DNA from: Rhodosorus marinus CCMP1338
Lineage: Eukaryota; Plantae; Rhodophyta
DNA length: 64,000 bases
Assembly (NCBI GenBank): GCA_029953675.1
Contig: JAMWBK010000012.1
Coordinates: 248,001 to 312,000, forward strand
Direction: 5' to 3'
Numbering within the stretch: the stretch's first letter is position 1; each line of letters opens with the position of its first letter. Shown one piece after another: positions 1 to 12,032 of this stretch. The translations under genes and the position numbers were made by a program. Below the pieces are notes generated by a model. It had not been told where the DNA came from. It ran no database searches and saw only the letters and a list, made by a program, of their open reading frames with translations.

Positions 1-730
1 CCTAATATAAATAAAGAATTCAAGAAATGGTTTGCTCTACGGGTTCAGTTATTTTCAACGAAATTCTAATCTCCGAGTTTTAAAATGGTTTTCTGGAGGG
101 CATTTGTCTAAATGAATGTCAAGGCTCCTTTAACCAGAGTGTGACGTTGTGTTTCGATTTTCTCCGATGAATGAAATTGACTATCGGGAACTGAAAACGG
201 AAACCCAGGGGGGAAAAAAACAAACTAGCTTCTTGGAGGCATTGCTCCGTATTGAATTTGTTTAGTGGGAGGCTGGAAGAAAAATACCCGCGAGTGGAAA
301 AAGAAATCTATGGGCGTCGAAGATAGCCGCGCACGCGCCTGCAACTCAAAGCAGCGTTCATACGCCATAGCATGCAACTTAATCGGACTCCAAATTAATG
401 GTAAGCGCTTCTTTTAGAGAAAACGTATTCCGAGAGTGACGCGCAACAACTCTAAAAGCCAACGACAACCATACGGAAGTGAGAACCCCGAGAACAAGCA
501 ATGACCAGAGGTACCAGGCGATGAGCTATAGCCGAAGAAGCGCGCATGCCTTGGGGGGAGACAAAGCCCCCGCAGATTTCACCTCTTTTCGACGTCTCAC
601 ACTGGCAGTGGCAAATCCACTGCGCTCTCCCGCAGCCGGTAAAAAACCACCGCTCGGGGGTTTAGAAACAGCAAGATCAACGTACGCCTTCTCGTGGCAG
701 TCACGGTGTTGCGACTCCAATTCTAGGAGC
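1..730 (-). mobile_element. Degenerate 3' fragment of RLE non-LTR family A plus downstream flank; left arm of an old inverted duplication
   Basis: ORF 526-786 reads YVDLAVSKP...RRRKEVKSAGALS, matching family A (1458-2090). The reverse complement of 1-310 aligns by eye with 1350-1457, 2145-2290 and 2470-2525. Confidence 0.8.
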
Positions 731-1049
731 AGCTCAGCCCCCGCAAGAGGTGCTTGAGGATTTTGAACCTTGTCATACTTTTTCACTCCTTTTTAACACT
801 TTTTTCCACTTTTTCCCCGCTTTTTCTTACTTTTGGTTACTACACTTTTGCTTTTACACGTTTGCTCACTTTTCACGCCTTTTTGCTAAAGCTTACTTTT
901 CCCCACACGTTTTCACTCGTGTTGGTTGCACTGAAAGTTCTTACAGAGCTATAGAGAGCCGTGGAGGCGTACACACCGGCCTTTTACTCAGGCAACCCCT
1001 CTCTGATCATAGAGTGGCTAGCATATCATTAGTGTTGTGACAAGGGCCC

Positions 1050-1420
1050 CAACCCCGCATATTTTAACTCTTTGCGACGTCTCATACTGGCAGCGGCATA
1101 TCACATATCCATCAACGGCGCCCTCGCGCAGTCGGCAAAGTCGGCCTGAGGATTAGGAACAGCAAGATTAACGTACGTCACTGGTGACCACGAGGTCGTC
1201 AGCCACTCGGCGTTCATCATTTTCGTAGTCTGCGCCAGTTAGGGGGCTTCTCAAGTTCAATTTAGAGCCTTTCTCAGTTTCTTACTGTGGCGTATGCTTT
1301 GAGTTGTAAGTAAAGTCCAGTTGTTGGAGGCGCGCCATCTTCAGCGTCAGCCATAGCCTTTTTTTTTTTCCCCCTCGGGGGGTGTTTTTCTTCCAGTCCC
1401 CGACTAAACAAATTCAATTT
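1050..1420. mobile_element. Older family A fragment with an inverted 5' piece (1050-1240 minus, 1280-1420 plus)
   Basis: 1050-1240 is the reverse complement of the RLE-coding segment. 1280-1420 carries the 3' UTR motif (..tttttcttccagtccccgactaaacaaattcaat). Confidence 0.65.
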
Positions 1421-1460
1421 AGAGCAATGCCTCTAACTTTGTTTTTTTCTTCCCCTGTTG

Positions 1461-2145
1461 CCCCCTTGGCCGTACGAGATGGGTTCGTCGTGCCCTCTCT
1501 GCTCTCAGACTGAAGACAACGCAGATTTTGGCGCCCACCTGCTCGCTAGTTGCCCGGCGGTGAAAGGTGCTCGAACCCGCCGCCACACACGGATCTTGAA
1601 CCTGTTATACGGGGAACTTCGGCCTATAGTCCGGCAAGCCGGTCTGGAAATCGAACGTGAGAAACCTTTACCCGTCGCGGACTTTCAAAATGATGAACGC
1701 CGTGTAGCCGACCTGGTGATCACCTGTGACGACAGCCGCCGTACCACATACGTTGATCTTGCTGTTCCTAACCCTCAAGCTAGTCGTTATCTCCCGGCTG
1801 CGGGGGAGCGCCGTGGATCTGCCGCCGCCAGCATGAGACGCCGCAAAGAGATCAAATACGCGGGGGCTTTGTCTTCCCCTGGTGTTCGTGCTTCGGCACT
1901 AGCACATCGCTTGGTACCCCTGATCATTGAGTGCTTTGGGTTCATGGACTCTGTTGGTTCTCGCTGGCTTCGGGAGTTGTTCCGCGAACGCCCTGACCGT
2001 CTTCAATCGTTGTTTACCCGCTTAAGTTTCCTGCTGTGGCGCATGAATGCCGCTTTGATGTTGGAGGCGCGAGTACTTCGCCGCGCTTAGTCTTTTTTTC
2101 CCCTCGGGGTTTTTTTTTTCAGCCTCCGATTAAACCATTCGTTCG
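1461..2145 (+). mobile_element. Young 5'-truncated family A copy (zinc knuckle + RLE, 3' UTR, (ATTC/GTTC) tail)
   Basis: ORF 1458-2090: CPLC..HLLASC, RH, RRVADLV..YVDLAV..KEIKY..PLIIECFG. The protein differs from 18371-19000 at one residue (G/R). Confidence 0.92.
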
Positions 2146-2998
2146 TTCCCGTTTTCAGTTCCAGGTAATCAATTTCATTCATCAGAGAAAATTGGGACAC
2201 AACGTCACACCCGTTTTAAAGGAGCCTTTACATTCGTTTAGAGCAATATTCTCCAAAAAACTATCCTAAAACTCTGTAAATAAGAATTTCCTTTATTTTT
2301 TGGAGACTGGAAATTCGTTTCACTAAATTCTTTGCACCCGAATTTATTGTTAATTATGAAATATCTTAGAGAATGACGCCACATACGCTTAAACACCCAG
2401 ATCTATACGGTCATTGCCTCTACATCAGTCCATGGTTCTTAATTATTGCATTGCAGGATCGTATAAGCTGAAAACAACTGAACCCGTAGAGCAAACCGTT
2501 TCTTGATTCTTTTATTTATATTAGGTTAGAACTATGTCGTCTACAATCTAATTTTCCAGGTGAACGTTCCTTTTCAATAAGATCCATAGCATGATCTGAG
2601 ATATTTGGGAATACTTGGGGATGGATTAGTCAAAATTATGGACGTTCAAATCTGGTAAGCAGAAGTTTTGATAGGTGGAGAGGCGAGCGAAAAAAGAGAC
2701 GGAAAGATTGAGGAAGATGAAAATCTCTGGAGGATTTGTCGTTTTACTGTGGCGACACTCGGCTAGTCTCCACGATCTCCCAACTCATCGATATACTGTG
2801 CCGGAAGGGTACTAATATGCAGCAGTTGCTCGGCTCGAACAGCCAGTGACCGAGTTGTTACAGGTGGATTAGAAAACTCCCAACGACCGCGTATCTCCTT
2901 CAGTTGAAGTGGATTGCAGTGGAAGAGAGTTTAGCAAGGTGAGCTGTGGTAGTTTCTGAGCGGCGAAGGAGCCTCGGGTTGTCGACCAACGCCAAAAC

Positions 2999-4930
2999 AT
3001 GATTCGACTGAGTAGTTTATTCTGTGCCCTGGCTTTGGGGGCTGTTTTCTCCACTTTAAGTGCTGCGGAAAAGATAACCTCCATAATCACTTTCGATTTT
3101 GACGTGAGAGGAGATGGTCGGACGCCGACGTTCTTGTCTTATATATTTCCTTTGGAAAACCGCAGTTTTGGGCTCGTTGGTACTAGTGGGTTCATGGGAA
3201 GGGGCTGCGAATACTATGAGCTCAACAGAGAATACAGGATGTCCCGGCCCAGAAAAGTTTTGTCCCCTAGCGACGCTCAATGCCAGGTTGCTACACGCAC
3301 AATGAACGGGGACATAGTCATAGCCGGTACCAGGTCGTATATTGGAGAAACTGCGGGTGTGCAAAGATATGACTCGAACCTGGACTTAGTATGGGATCAC
3401 GGTTTTTACTTAGTAGAGGATGACTTTCCCACCGGGGTGATTGAGCTCAGTGACGGGTCAATTGTTGTTGCCGAAAAAAACATTCGCAAGTTGGATGCAG
3501 ACGGGAACCGTCTCTGGAGCAAATTTTTCGCACCGGGACAGGGCTATTCAGAACGGGGAGGTGGCATTGTCGAAGTGGAGCACCTTAGTATCATATCTTC
3601 TATGAACAGCGGTGGAGATATCTGGGTCCACAAAATAGCGAAATTCGGGAGGCTATTATGGAGAAAGAAACTGAGCACCGCAGGGAGTTTGTGCTACCAG
3701 GAAAGGAACGCCGCACCCGTGTACGGAGCCGTTGGAAACTACTTTGTTGGTTGTACTACGAACCTACATAGTCGCGGACCTGAGAACTATCGGGTCCACA
3801 AACTAAGCCCAAGGGGGCAGGTCCTTTGGAAGAAGACAATTACGGAGATCTCGAGTACTATCATGTACTCGATGCTCGCGGATGAGGATGGAGGGGTGGT
3901 GCTCGGCGGTTCGAATATCATAAAGCTGGATGCGCGCGGAAACATTGAGTGGGAAATGAGTAGCCAATATATAACAGGACCGATGCAAAGAACTCCTTAC
4001 GGATATGCTTTCCGGGTACAAGACGGATTTCAAGAAATCGTACCGAATATCAAACCTTCCGATACATACACACCTTCCGGCTCCATCGTGTCGCTGAAGT
4101 CAAGCATAGCTGGTTTGTTCCTGTCAAAGGACTCATCAAGCCAGCAGGTGTACGCCGAGTCAAGGGTTGCACGCTTCGCTGCCCAGTGGGTGGTGATTGG
4201 AGAACTCGCCCCGGCGGGTTCCTTTTTCTCACTGAGATCAGCAGTGAATGGAAGAATGGCGAATCTTCTCAACCAGGGCACTAAAGTTGTTCTTAAAGCA
4301 TCCAAGAAGTACAGCCCCCGTTCCGAGGTACTACCCAGTGACAGCTTTCGGCTGAGGAATTTGGGCGCTGGAGAGGTGGCAGTCCAATCGGGGGACCAAA
4401 TGCTAGGCTACCTAAGACCGGAAGAGGGTGTTGGAGGAGGAAGGATAATTGCGTCCAGATCACGTCAACCAGATAGGAATATGAAAGTTTCCCTTATCTC
4501 TGGCCCAATTCCTTTGTCTGGGAGCAAAGTCATCTTGCGATGGAGCAGGAAAAATCTCCTATTGGAGACGATTGCGGGATCCCAGGTGCGGGCGGAGAAG
4601 AAGATTTTGCCATCAAAAATTAAAGCCTTCCTCTTCAAAGTTGTGCATTTGGGGAATGGAAGGGTGGAACTTCAGTCAGCCCTTACAGGACAGAAGCTAG
4701 AAGCTAATATTAGGACTGGTAGGGTGGCTGCCTGGAAGGTAGATAGTTTGCCGTCTGATAATGCAGAATTCTTCATGGACATTGGGAAGAACGGCTACAT
4801 AAGCCTCACTTCCGCTGCTCCGACGTTGAGGAAGTTCTGCCTGTTTGTAGATAGCGGCGGATGGATTGTCGCCAATCGAGTACGTAGGGGCAGCCAGTAT
4901 TGTGAGATACTCGCCGCTTCCACGAGGTGA
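2999..4930 (+). CDS. Secreted protein, 643 aa: N-terminal beta-propeller repeats plus C-terminal fascin/beta-trefoil-like repeats
   Basis: Uninterrupted ORF with a hydrophobic signal peptide (MIRLSSLFCALALGAVFSTLSA). Repeated xKLDxxGNxxW motifs (IRKLDADGNRLWSK, HKLSPRGQVLWKK, IKLDARGNIEWE). Fascin-like motifs (FSLRSAVNGR, FKVVHLGNGRVELQS). Confidence 0.8.
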   Translation: MIRLSSLFCALALGAVFSTLSAAEKITSIITFDFDVRGDGRTPTFLSYIFPLENRSFGLVGTSGFMGRGCEYYELNREYRMSRPRKVLSPSDAQCQVATRTMNGDIVIAGTRSYIGETAGVQRYDSNLDLVWDHGFYLVEDDFPTGVIELSDGSIVVAEKNIRKLDADGNRLWSKFFAPGQGYSERGGGIVEVEHLSIISSMNSGGDIWVHKIAKFGRLLWRKKLSTAGSLCYQERNAAPVYGAVGNYFVGCTTNLHSRGPENYRVHKLSPRGQVLWKKTITEISSTIMYSMLADEDGGVVLGGSNIIKLDARGNIEWEMSSQYITGPMQRTPYGYAFRVQDGFQEIVPNIKPSDTYTPSGSIVSLKSSIAGLFLSKDSSSQQVYAESRVARFAAQWVVIGELAPAGSFFSLRSAVNGRMANLLNQGTKVVLKASKKYSPRSEVLPSDSFRLRNLGAGEVAVQSGDQMLGYLRPEEGVGGGRIIASRSRQPDRNMKVSLISGPIPLSGSKVILRWSRKNLLLETIAGSQVRAEKKILPSKIKAFLFKVVHLGNGRVELQSALTGQKLEANIRTGRVAAWKVDSLPSDNAEFFMDIGKNGYISLTSAAPTLRKFCLFVDSGGWIVANRVRRGSQYCEILAASTR

Positions 4931-5469
4931 TATCAAACATTCTGCACCATCCTGATGAGACTGTCTAGATTGAAATAATGATAGAGAGGTCTAAACAAAG
5001 TACGACTTTGCGCAGCGCAGCTCGCTCGTAACAGTGTTTCCAATAATTCGCCGACTAAGGCCTCTAATTCGATCACTATGATGGTGGTGAATTCACGTAG
5101 GCCGAGACAGTTACGCTTGTTTGAACTTGCTTGAAACCAGAGCTTCCCATCAGGAAACGCTGCCAGAGACCGACGCTAGTCCACCAGGTTCGTCTCTAAG
5201 CAAACAGCGGTCAATACACACATCCCTCCTTTGCAATCCTCATCACGACGTGCATCCAATTGCACAAAGATCCATATCAGTCAAGACCTAGGTCTATTGG
5301 CCCGTGCGAAATTCTCAACGTGCTTCGCGGAGATCGAGGGATTTTCTCAATCCTGGCATCCTCGCCCACCCTCTTGGGTGGTTAATCTTAGGACATGCAC
5401 CGTGCTGCCTGGGGCCGACTTGTCGCGGCGCAGATGGTCTCATCTCCCACGCAGCCTTTATTCGCCAGC

Positions 5470-6280
5470 TACCTACCGTACCGCAACCGCGTACCTATTT
5501 GAGCATTCCGCTGCCACAGAATCCAGTTCATCTGCGCTCCTACGCTGTAGAGATGTTCTTCTCGATCATGTAGGTGCTTAGTCGCTGCCTGAAGGAATTC
5601 CACCGCCGCCTTACCCAGCCTTCCGTACGTCTCTAGCACGAAAGGGACGAAAATCACATCTCGTGAATCAGCCGCCAACACCTCAGCATATTGTTGCCTC
5701 TTATCCTGGCTTTATTAGCATAGCCTACAGCGCTACGCAAACCGTGGAAAGGAACTAAGAACTAGGTAGGGAAGCGTGCAAAACCTCTTATCCTGCTCTG
5801 GTTTTCCAGCAGCAAACCCACTGTTCCAACACGTCTGTCGTAATAGTCGCCTCTGCAGCGGCGATGCAACCGTCACATCGACAGCATACCCACGACCACT
5901 GGTCGGATGCCGTCCAACTATGTCCGGCTGAATCCCAGAACCCGCAAAAAATCCTTTAGGCTCCACGCTAATCTTTGTGAGTGACCACAGGTTCAGCCAC
6001 CGGCTCAGCTCTTCCTTCAGCTCATTATGTCGTTCAGTTCTCATCCCTGACGAGGTCAGGCAATGGTGCAGCCGCTGGATTCCACGAACGTCGTGTGGTC
6101 GCCCGCATACAGCACAGGTAAACGCCCGGCCTAGTGCAGGTAAAGGTAATCCCAAGAGCATTCAAATGCTCCGCATAATTTCTGAGCGCTTTAGCTTCCT
6201 AGGGCCAGTTGTGGGGAAGTCACGCGGCCACACCCCGCTCCCAGATCCAGCTGCCGACCCAGGATTCGTGCTCGATCAAT
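5470..6280 (-). mobile_element. Degenerate RLE non-LTR family C-like 3' fragment, interrupted by a family B mini-insertion
   Basis: RARILGSAAGSGSGVW..LLGLP..CAVC..HHC..RH..QPDIV..VDVTV..FVPFVLETYG, colinear with 40924-41961. Confidence 0.85.
5708..5783 (-). mobile_element. 76-bp extreme 5'-truncated family B insertion with 11-12 bp TSD
   Basis: Family B 3' terminus (..gcgctgtaggctatgctaataaagcc) flanked by CCTCTTATCCT at 5697-5707 and 5784-5794. Confidence 0.9.
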
Positions 6281-6285
6281 GCCTT

Positions 6286-6890
6286 CTAACGTCCGATCCC
6301 CGCTGGTTTCTCAAAAGCATGTCGGTGACGCTCCAGTGAGAGTGGTTTTTGTATGGAACCGAGCATCTGGCGCTGCGTCCGATACCAGGAGATCTGCCAT
6401 GCACCGAAGGGGGGTGGTTGCGGGGGTGTTCGAGGCAGTGACGATTCGACCTGGACCGTGTTGCCAACTCTTGTCAAGTGTTCGCTGAGGATGTATTTCA
6501 GGCGCCCGTATCTCCTCGTGCAATGACCTCGCAGCAGTCTACAGGGCCCAGAAAATGGTACCCACATCCGTTGATACGGCTCGCACAACCTTGGCAGAAG
6601 GCAGGGCGATTGCAGTGACAAGGGGCCTGTCGCAGACCCAGGTAGTTGCGAACCGCGGACCGGAACTGGAAGGCGTCCAGTCGTTGGCCCGGTGACTAGG
6701 GCAGAGTGGTTAGCCATAGGTGGGATAGATGACCTCCCACCGAGGTCGGTACCGGACACAGGGCAAGTGACAGCGAGATCCACATATGCGTCTGGCGGCT
6801 GCATCCGATACCAGGAGATCTGCGATGCAACGTGGAAGGGTGGTTGCGGAGGGTGTTCGAGGCATTCGGTGCAGTAGCAATATCCGTTCG
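6286..6890 (-). mobile_element. Two degenerate family B RLE-region fragments
   Basis: Frames contain RLKYILSEHL, CMADLLVSD and YVDLAVTCP, as in family B. Confidence 0.7.
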
Positions 6891-7769
6891 GGTCATCTTC
6901 GCGCTAAAGGTGGATTAGGAAGAGCCCCGTGGGAAGGTTAAATAGTCCACTCTTGCTAGCGCGAAGATCACGTCTAAACCTCCACAGGTAGTTCTGCCCC
7001 GGACTTCTGTTTCGGCATATGAGAGAGAATCTGTCCCTTGTGGCAGACCCCAGATTACGCACTGGGTATCCCCACAGGTCGGAGGGACCAAACGGGTAGA
7101 GTTGCCGTCTTCATCCTTCCGGGATACTACAGTGGCGGGTACTGGTTTCTGTCTGCCCCCTGGAAAACCGATAAGACCACTGAGCTATTCTTTCATTCAC
7201 CAATGTAGCACAATATAAAACTGTCCTGTCACTCACCAATTAGGTTTCGTGCCAGCTTGTAGCGTTTGCTCCAACAACCGAGTTTACCCGTCTGGATGCC
7301 AAGAAAAGCAAGATAGGCTGGGCTAAGGAGTACACGGAGCGGGATAAATACTACATTCTATATATGGATTTACTAGCATAGTTGAAGCGCTACGCAGGGC
7401 GTGAAAGGGTAGATGAAGCTAAAGGGGAAGGCGTGCAAAAAAAACCATCGTCCCTGGAGAGGAAACAACGTACGAACATTATTATCTTTACGAATGGCAT
7501 GGATCGCCAAACGAGTCGTACCCAGCCAGAGTCCACGGTTCAGATCCACTCACACGAGAGTTCACGGGTCCGCGTTTGCGTTGGGGATGTCTTCTTTGAG
7601 GAAATCTTGTACGGCTTGGCCAAGGCGTCCAAGCCTTTCGACCGCGAATGGTAGAAATTGGAAATCATTCTGATCGCCAATGATATCGCGACATCTGGCT
7701 CGTTTACTAAGAACGGGGAACAAAAGGTGAACCAAAGCGGCGGTAGCGAGCCTTGGCTAGCCTGCTGCT

Positions 7770-7930
7770 GGCATATCGACATAAAGCGACACTGAAACGG
7801 CGTAGAGGGGCAAGATACCCGGGTCTATGCCCGGTGAAACATTTGCGAGACCACTCCCAGCTTGACATCTCAACAGAAGGCTGAACCGCCTCTAGCGCAA
7901 TTAGACCTAACCGATGAAGAGCCTTCCTTC
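7770..7930 (-). mobile_element. Degenerate family B 3' fragment
   Basis: EWSRKCFTGH..YLAPLRRFSVALCRY matches the family B C-terminus. Confidence 0.6.
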
Positions 7931-8133
7931 TTTCTGATACATCCCGCGGGCCTTGATGACGTCTTGTCCCTGGCATTAGCTTTGGGGACAGGCATTTGAG
8001 GAGCGCGTCTGCGCCGAGTACTAGCAGTAGCAAACCAAGACGCGCTTACAGTGCACCCAGACCGAGAACCCGATAAACAAATAATCTCTACGACCAACAA
8101 AACAATCGACACCTGTCTCCAAATGAGGCTCTG

Positions 8134-8438
8134 TTTCACGTCTCCAACAGCCAACTGGGTATTACTCAAATTATTGAATATTTCGAGTTTTATTCCCCCC
8201 TAGTTACTCCCAAATTAGGTAATATATCCCAATTCTATCTTGTTCTTCTCTATATCTCCTTCTCTTCTCTCCAGCTAACCTGGGAAATATCGAGTTTGCC
8301 CATCGTACTTATACTCTTGCTCCATCGGGATGTGCAATAACTATTAAGCTCAAAAGGGTGTTGCACCTCCAGAGATTTTGGCACAGCCCGAGCATAATTT
8401 TGCATAGCCGGACATTGCTGGAAGGTGGAGACGTCACA
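8134..8438 (-). repeat. 3' LTR (TG...AA termini)
   Basis: Direct repeat of 13064-13368. Imperfect terminal inverted repeat TGTGACGTCTCC / GGAGACGTGAAA. Confidence 0.95.
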
Positions 8439-11400
8439 TCCCTCCCACCGAAGAAGAAGCGCGGGGTCGGGCAGATTCAGCAGCACGATGAAAGTTCATG
8501 TAGTAGCGAATTTGCCTTTTTGTAGCAGAGGTTTGTGGCAACTGGTGAGCTGCAATCCATCGAGCATCAGCTACTGTTTCCCCCTCGAAGTATACCATAT
8601 ATTCGCTGGTTCCCTCTGGTTTCATCCGATGACCAAGTACGGATGCGATTTCGCCTCCAGTCGCTGCTTCAGCTACCAACTCGGGTATGTCGGGTTGTAC
8701 GTTGTCGGGAGAACCGACAAATTTCCTCAGCAGGGAAACGTGGAACGTTGGATGTACCTTCATTTCGGTTGGTAACTGCAGGGTATAAGCGACATTGTTC
8801 ACCTTACGCTGGATTCTGAAGGGTCCGATGTATTGAGGTCTGAACGGTTTGGGATCTCGTAGCGGCAAGTTCGTGGTTGATAAGAGCACCATTTCGTCAG
8901 GGAAAAACTCAGGGTCACGCCTTCCCGCGTCGTAGCGGATTTTCTGTACTTGCTTTGCGTACAACATGTTGTTCCTTGCTGCCATGTATTGATCCTGCTG
9001 ATGTCGTAAAAGAACTTCGGCTGCCTCAGGTAAGGGAGAAACGATAGCCTCCTCTGCACGTGGTACTATTAATGTTCCCGGTAGCTCAGGGTTTCGTCCG
9101 TACAGAAGTTCGAAGGGCGAATACTTAGTAGATTCCGAGATTTGCGTGTTGTAGACCAACTCCGCCATGGAAAGATCTGCGGCCCATGTAGTTCGGGTAC
9201 TGTTGCATCGGAGGTATGTCTCCAACGTCTGATTGACTCGCTCCGTTTGTCCGTCCGTTTGCGGGTGATAGGCTGTACTCAAATTCGTTCTGACCTTAAG
9301 TATACCCATCAGTCGTTGCCAGAATAGGCTGGTGAACTTAGAATCCCGGTCTGAAATTATAGTTCGGGGTAATCCCGCGAACCGTACCCAGTGTTCGAAG
9401 AATAATTCTGCCGTTTTCGCCGCATCTGCGTCCGTCCGGGTTGGTATAAATTTCGAATATTTTGTGAACCGATCGACAATTACTAGGATTGCATCAGCTC
9501 CCGATGTAGTCATGGGAAGACTAACGATGAAATCCATAGTGATGTCCTGCAACTTTGTTTCTGGTACAGGTAGCGGCTGTAGAAATCCTTGTGATGCCCG
9601 GAGTGGTTTCTGCTTTTGGCAGATTTCGCACTTTCCAACCATTGATTGAACGTCATCCCTCATTGTACGCCACTAATAACGTCTCTTCAAAAGGTTGACT
9701 GTTTTATGGAGACCGAAATGTCCTCCCGTGGGTTCCTCATGATATCGCCGTAGTAAGTCCGGTACGAATTTCAGGGGCACACATACTCGATTGTGCCTGA
9801 AGAATATGTCTTGCTTCTTCCGGAACCCTTGTTCCACATATTTGTTAGCTTCCAGATGAATTGCTTCGAAGTCAGGGTCCTGTGCGTAGGCTTCCGACCA
9901 GTTTTCATAAGGTAGAACGCTGTACATCGCCAACTGGTTGATTGCTCCCCGGCTGAGTGGGTCCGCAATATTTTCCGCCCCTTTCTTGTATTCGATATTG
10001 AAGGAAAACGGCATTAAGCGATTCACGTATCTCGCTTGTCTCTTGTAAGCTCCTTTTGCGAATGTAGGAAACGCAAAGGGTTATGGTCGGTGCGAAGCCC
10101 AAATCGTTGGCCCTCGACGTACGTCCGCCAATGTAATACCGCTAGGGTTAACGCGTAGAGTTCCCGTTCATAAGTGGAATACTTCTCCTCCGTAGTGGTG
10201 AACCGCTGTGAGAAGTACGCAATTGGATGTTCTCCATCTTCAAAGGTTTGCAATAACACAGCCCCTACTCCCTTGTTACTGGCATCAGTACAAATTGTGA
10301 AGGTTTTTGTAAAATCCGGATTTCGTAGTACTGGCTGCTGCATCAATTTCTCCCGCAGGGTGTCAAATGCTTTCTGCTGCTCCGGTCCCCACAGAAATTC
10401 TACATTCTTCCTCGTGAGGTTGGTCAGGGGTGCTGCTACCAGGCTGAATCGTGGCACATAGTTACGGAGATAGCCCGTAAAACCCAAGAAGGACCTGACA
10501 TCGTGCACATTTTCTGGAACTTGCCAATTTTTAAGGGCGGCTACCTTGCTAGGATCCGGCCGTCGTCTCCCACTCCCAACCAGATGACCCAAATATTTCG
10601 TTTCCGGTACATCGAAGACGCACTTTGACCGCTTTGTATAGAGTTGGTGGTTTCTCAGCTTCGAGAAGACGATGTCTAGATGTCTTTTGTGGTCTTCCTT
10701 ATTCGCCGAGTAGATAATAATGTCGTCAAAGAAGATCATGACGAAAACGTTTAACTCGTTGAAGAAAATACTGTTCAATAGTCGAGTAAACACAGCAGGA
10801 GCATTTGTCAGTCCAAACGGCATCACTAACCACTCGTAAAGACCAAATGGCGTCGTGAACGCTGTTTTTGGAATGTCCTTCTTCTCCACGCGTAGTTGCC
10901 AGTAACCACTCCTCAAATCGATCACACTGAGATATGTGGCTTTGCCGAGAGCATCTAGACAATCGTCTATTCTTGGCGGGCTGGTCTTGTTGAGGATGGT
11001 TGCCTGGTTCAGTTTGCGGTAATCGATGCACAATCGCCGCCCACCATCTTTTTTTTCCACAAAAAGACAGGGTGAAGCAAAAGGCGACGAGCTAGGTCGA
11101 ACGAGGGTTTTGCTCAGCAAATCTTGTAGTTGAGTTTTCAGATCCTTCTGATCTGCAAGACTCATTCGGTATGGTCTTTGGGATGTTGGTTCAGTTCCCG
11201 GTTTCAGATCAATTGTAAAGTTGACGTTTCGCCAAGGGGCCAGGTTCTTAATGTCTTCCACAAAAACGTCAGCGTATTTATCCGTAATAAATTCCTCCAG
11301 ATCTTTCGCCTCTTCCAGTCGTTTTTGTGTAAATTTCGTTATATTTTTGATTTCGGGTTCCTCCGTATAATTTTCAGGTTCTGGGTGGTCAGGTTGTTCA

Positions 11401-12032
11401 GGTTCTACTTCAGGGTTTTGTTCAGGTTCTTCTTCACTGTAATTCACCGGGTTTTCAGGGTTGTGTTGAGGCTGAGTGACAAATTCTTCAGCTTCTTCTG
11501 GTTGATTTTCTGGTTCTTCAGGATTTTCTGGTTCTTCGGGATTTTCTGGTTCTTCGGGATTTTCTGGTTCTTCGGGATTTTCTGGTTCTTCGGGATTTTC
11601 TGGTTCTTCGGGATTTTCTGGTTCTTCAGGATTTTCTGGGTTATTTCCTTCGTTGGGGTTCAGTGTCAGCGTCTGGTTTGATAGATCGAGTTGCGCCTTA
11701 TATTTGTGGAGGAAATCACTTCCCAGATACCCTGGGCTTGTGGCGTCTTCTACAACGTAAGGTCGCCAGTTGAAGCTGTGACCGCCCAGTTGTAAGGTTA
11801 CCTTGGCTTCGCCCAAGATACTTATGGATGTGCCTGGCGAGGCCGTGTCCAATTTCCCGTGTTGGGTTGAGATAATTGGAGCAGCATCTGGAATACCTCT
11901 CAAAACAGAATGACTGCTGCCGGTATCAACTAAGAGAGAAATCTCTCGACCGTTGATCCGCCCAACTAGTGTCATATCTGCCGTCAATGGGATCGAGACG
12001 CCTGGATCGGCAACAGTGTCGGCGTGTGTCAC
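8434..12032 (-). pseudogene. pol: Pol (protease, RT, RNase H, integrase, chromodomain) with a 1-nt deletion near 10040 and an in-frame TAG at 9673-9675
   Basis: LVDTGSS protease; FFDDII RT; TDASNKGVGAVL and TDHNPL RNase H; H..GH..C..C zinc motif; MDFIV, SDRD and GQTERVN integrase; YIGPFRI GPY/F motif; EYMVYFEG..ARW chromodomain. Confidence 0.93.
11505..11640 (-). repeat. 18-bp coding tandem repeat (EEPENP)x7 between protease and RT
   Basis: Seven units of ttttctggttcttc(a/g)gga in the pol frame. Confidence 0.95.

Noticed and set aside
11130-11681. 183-aa FWFFGI-repeat ORF
   Set aside because: Antisense shadow of the pol EEPENP repeat.
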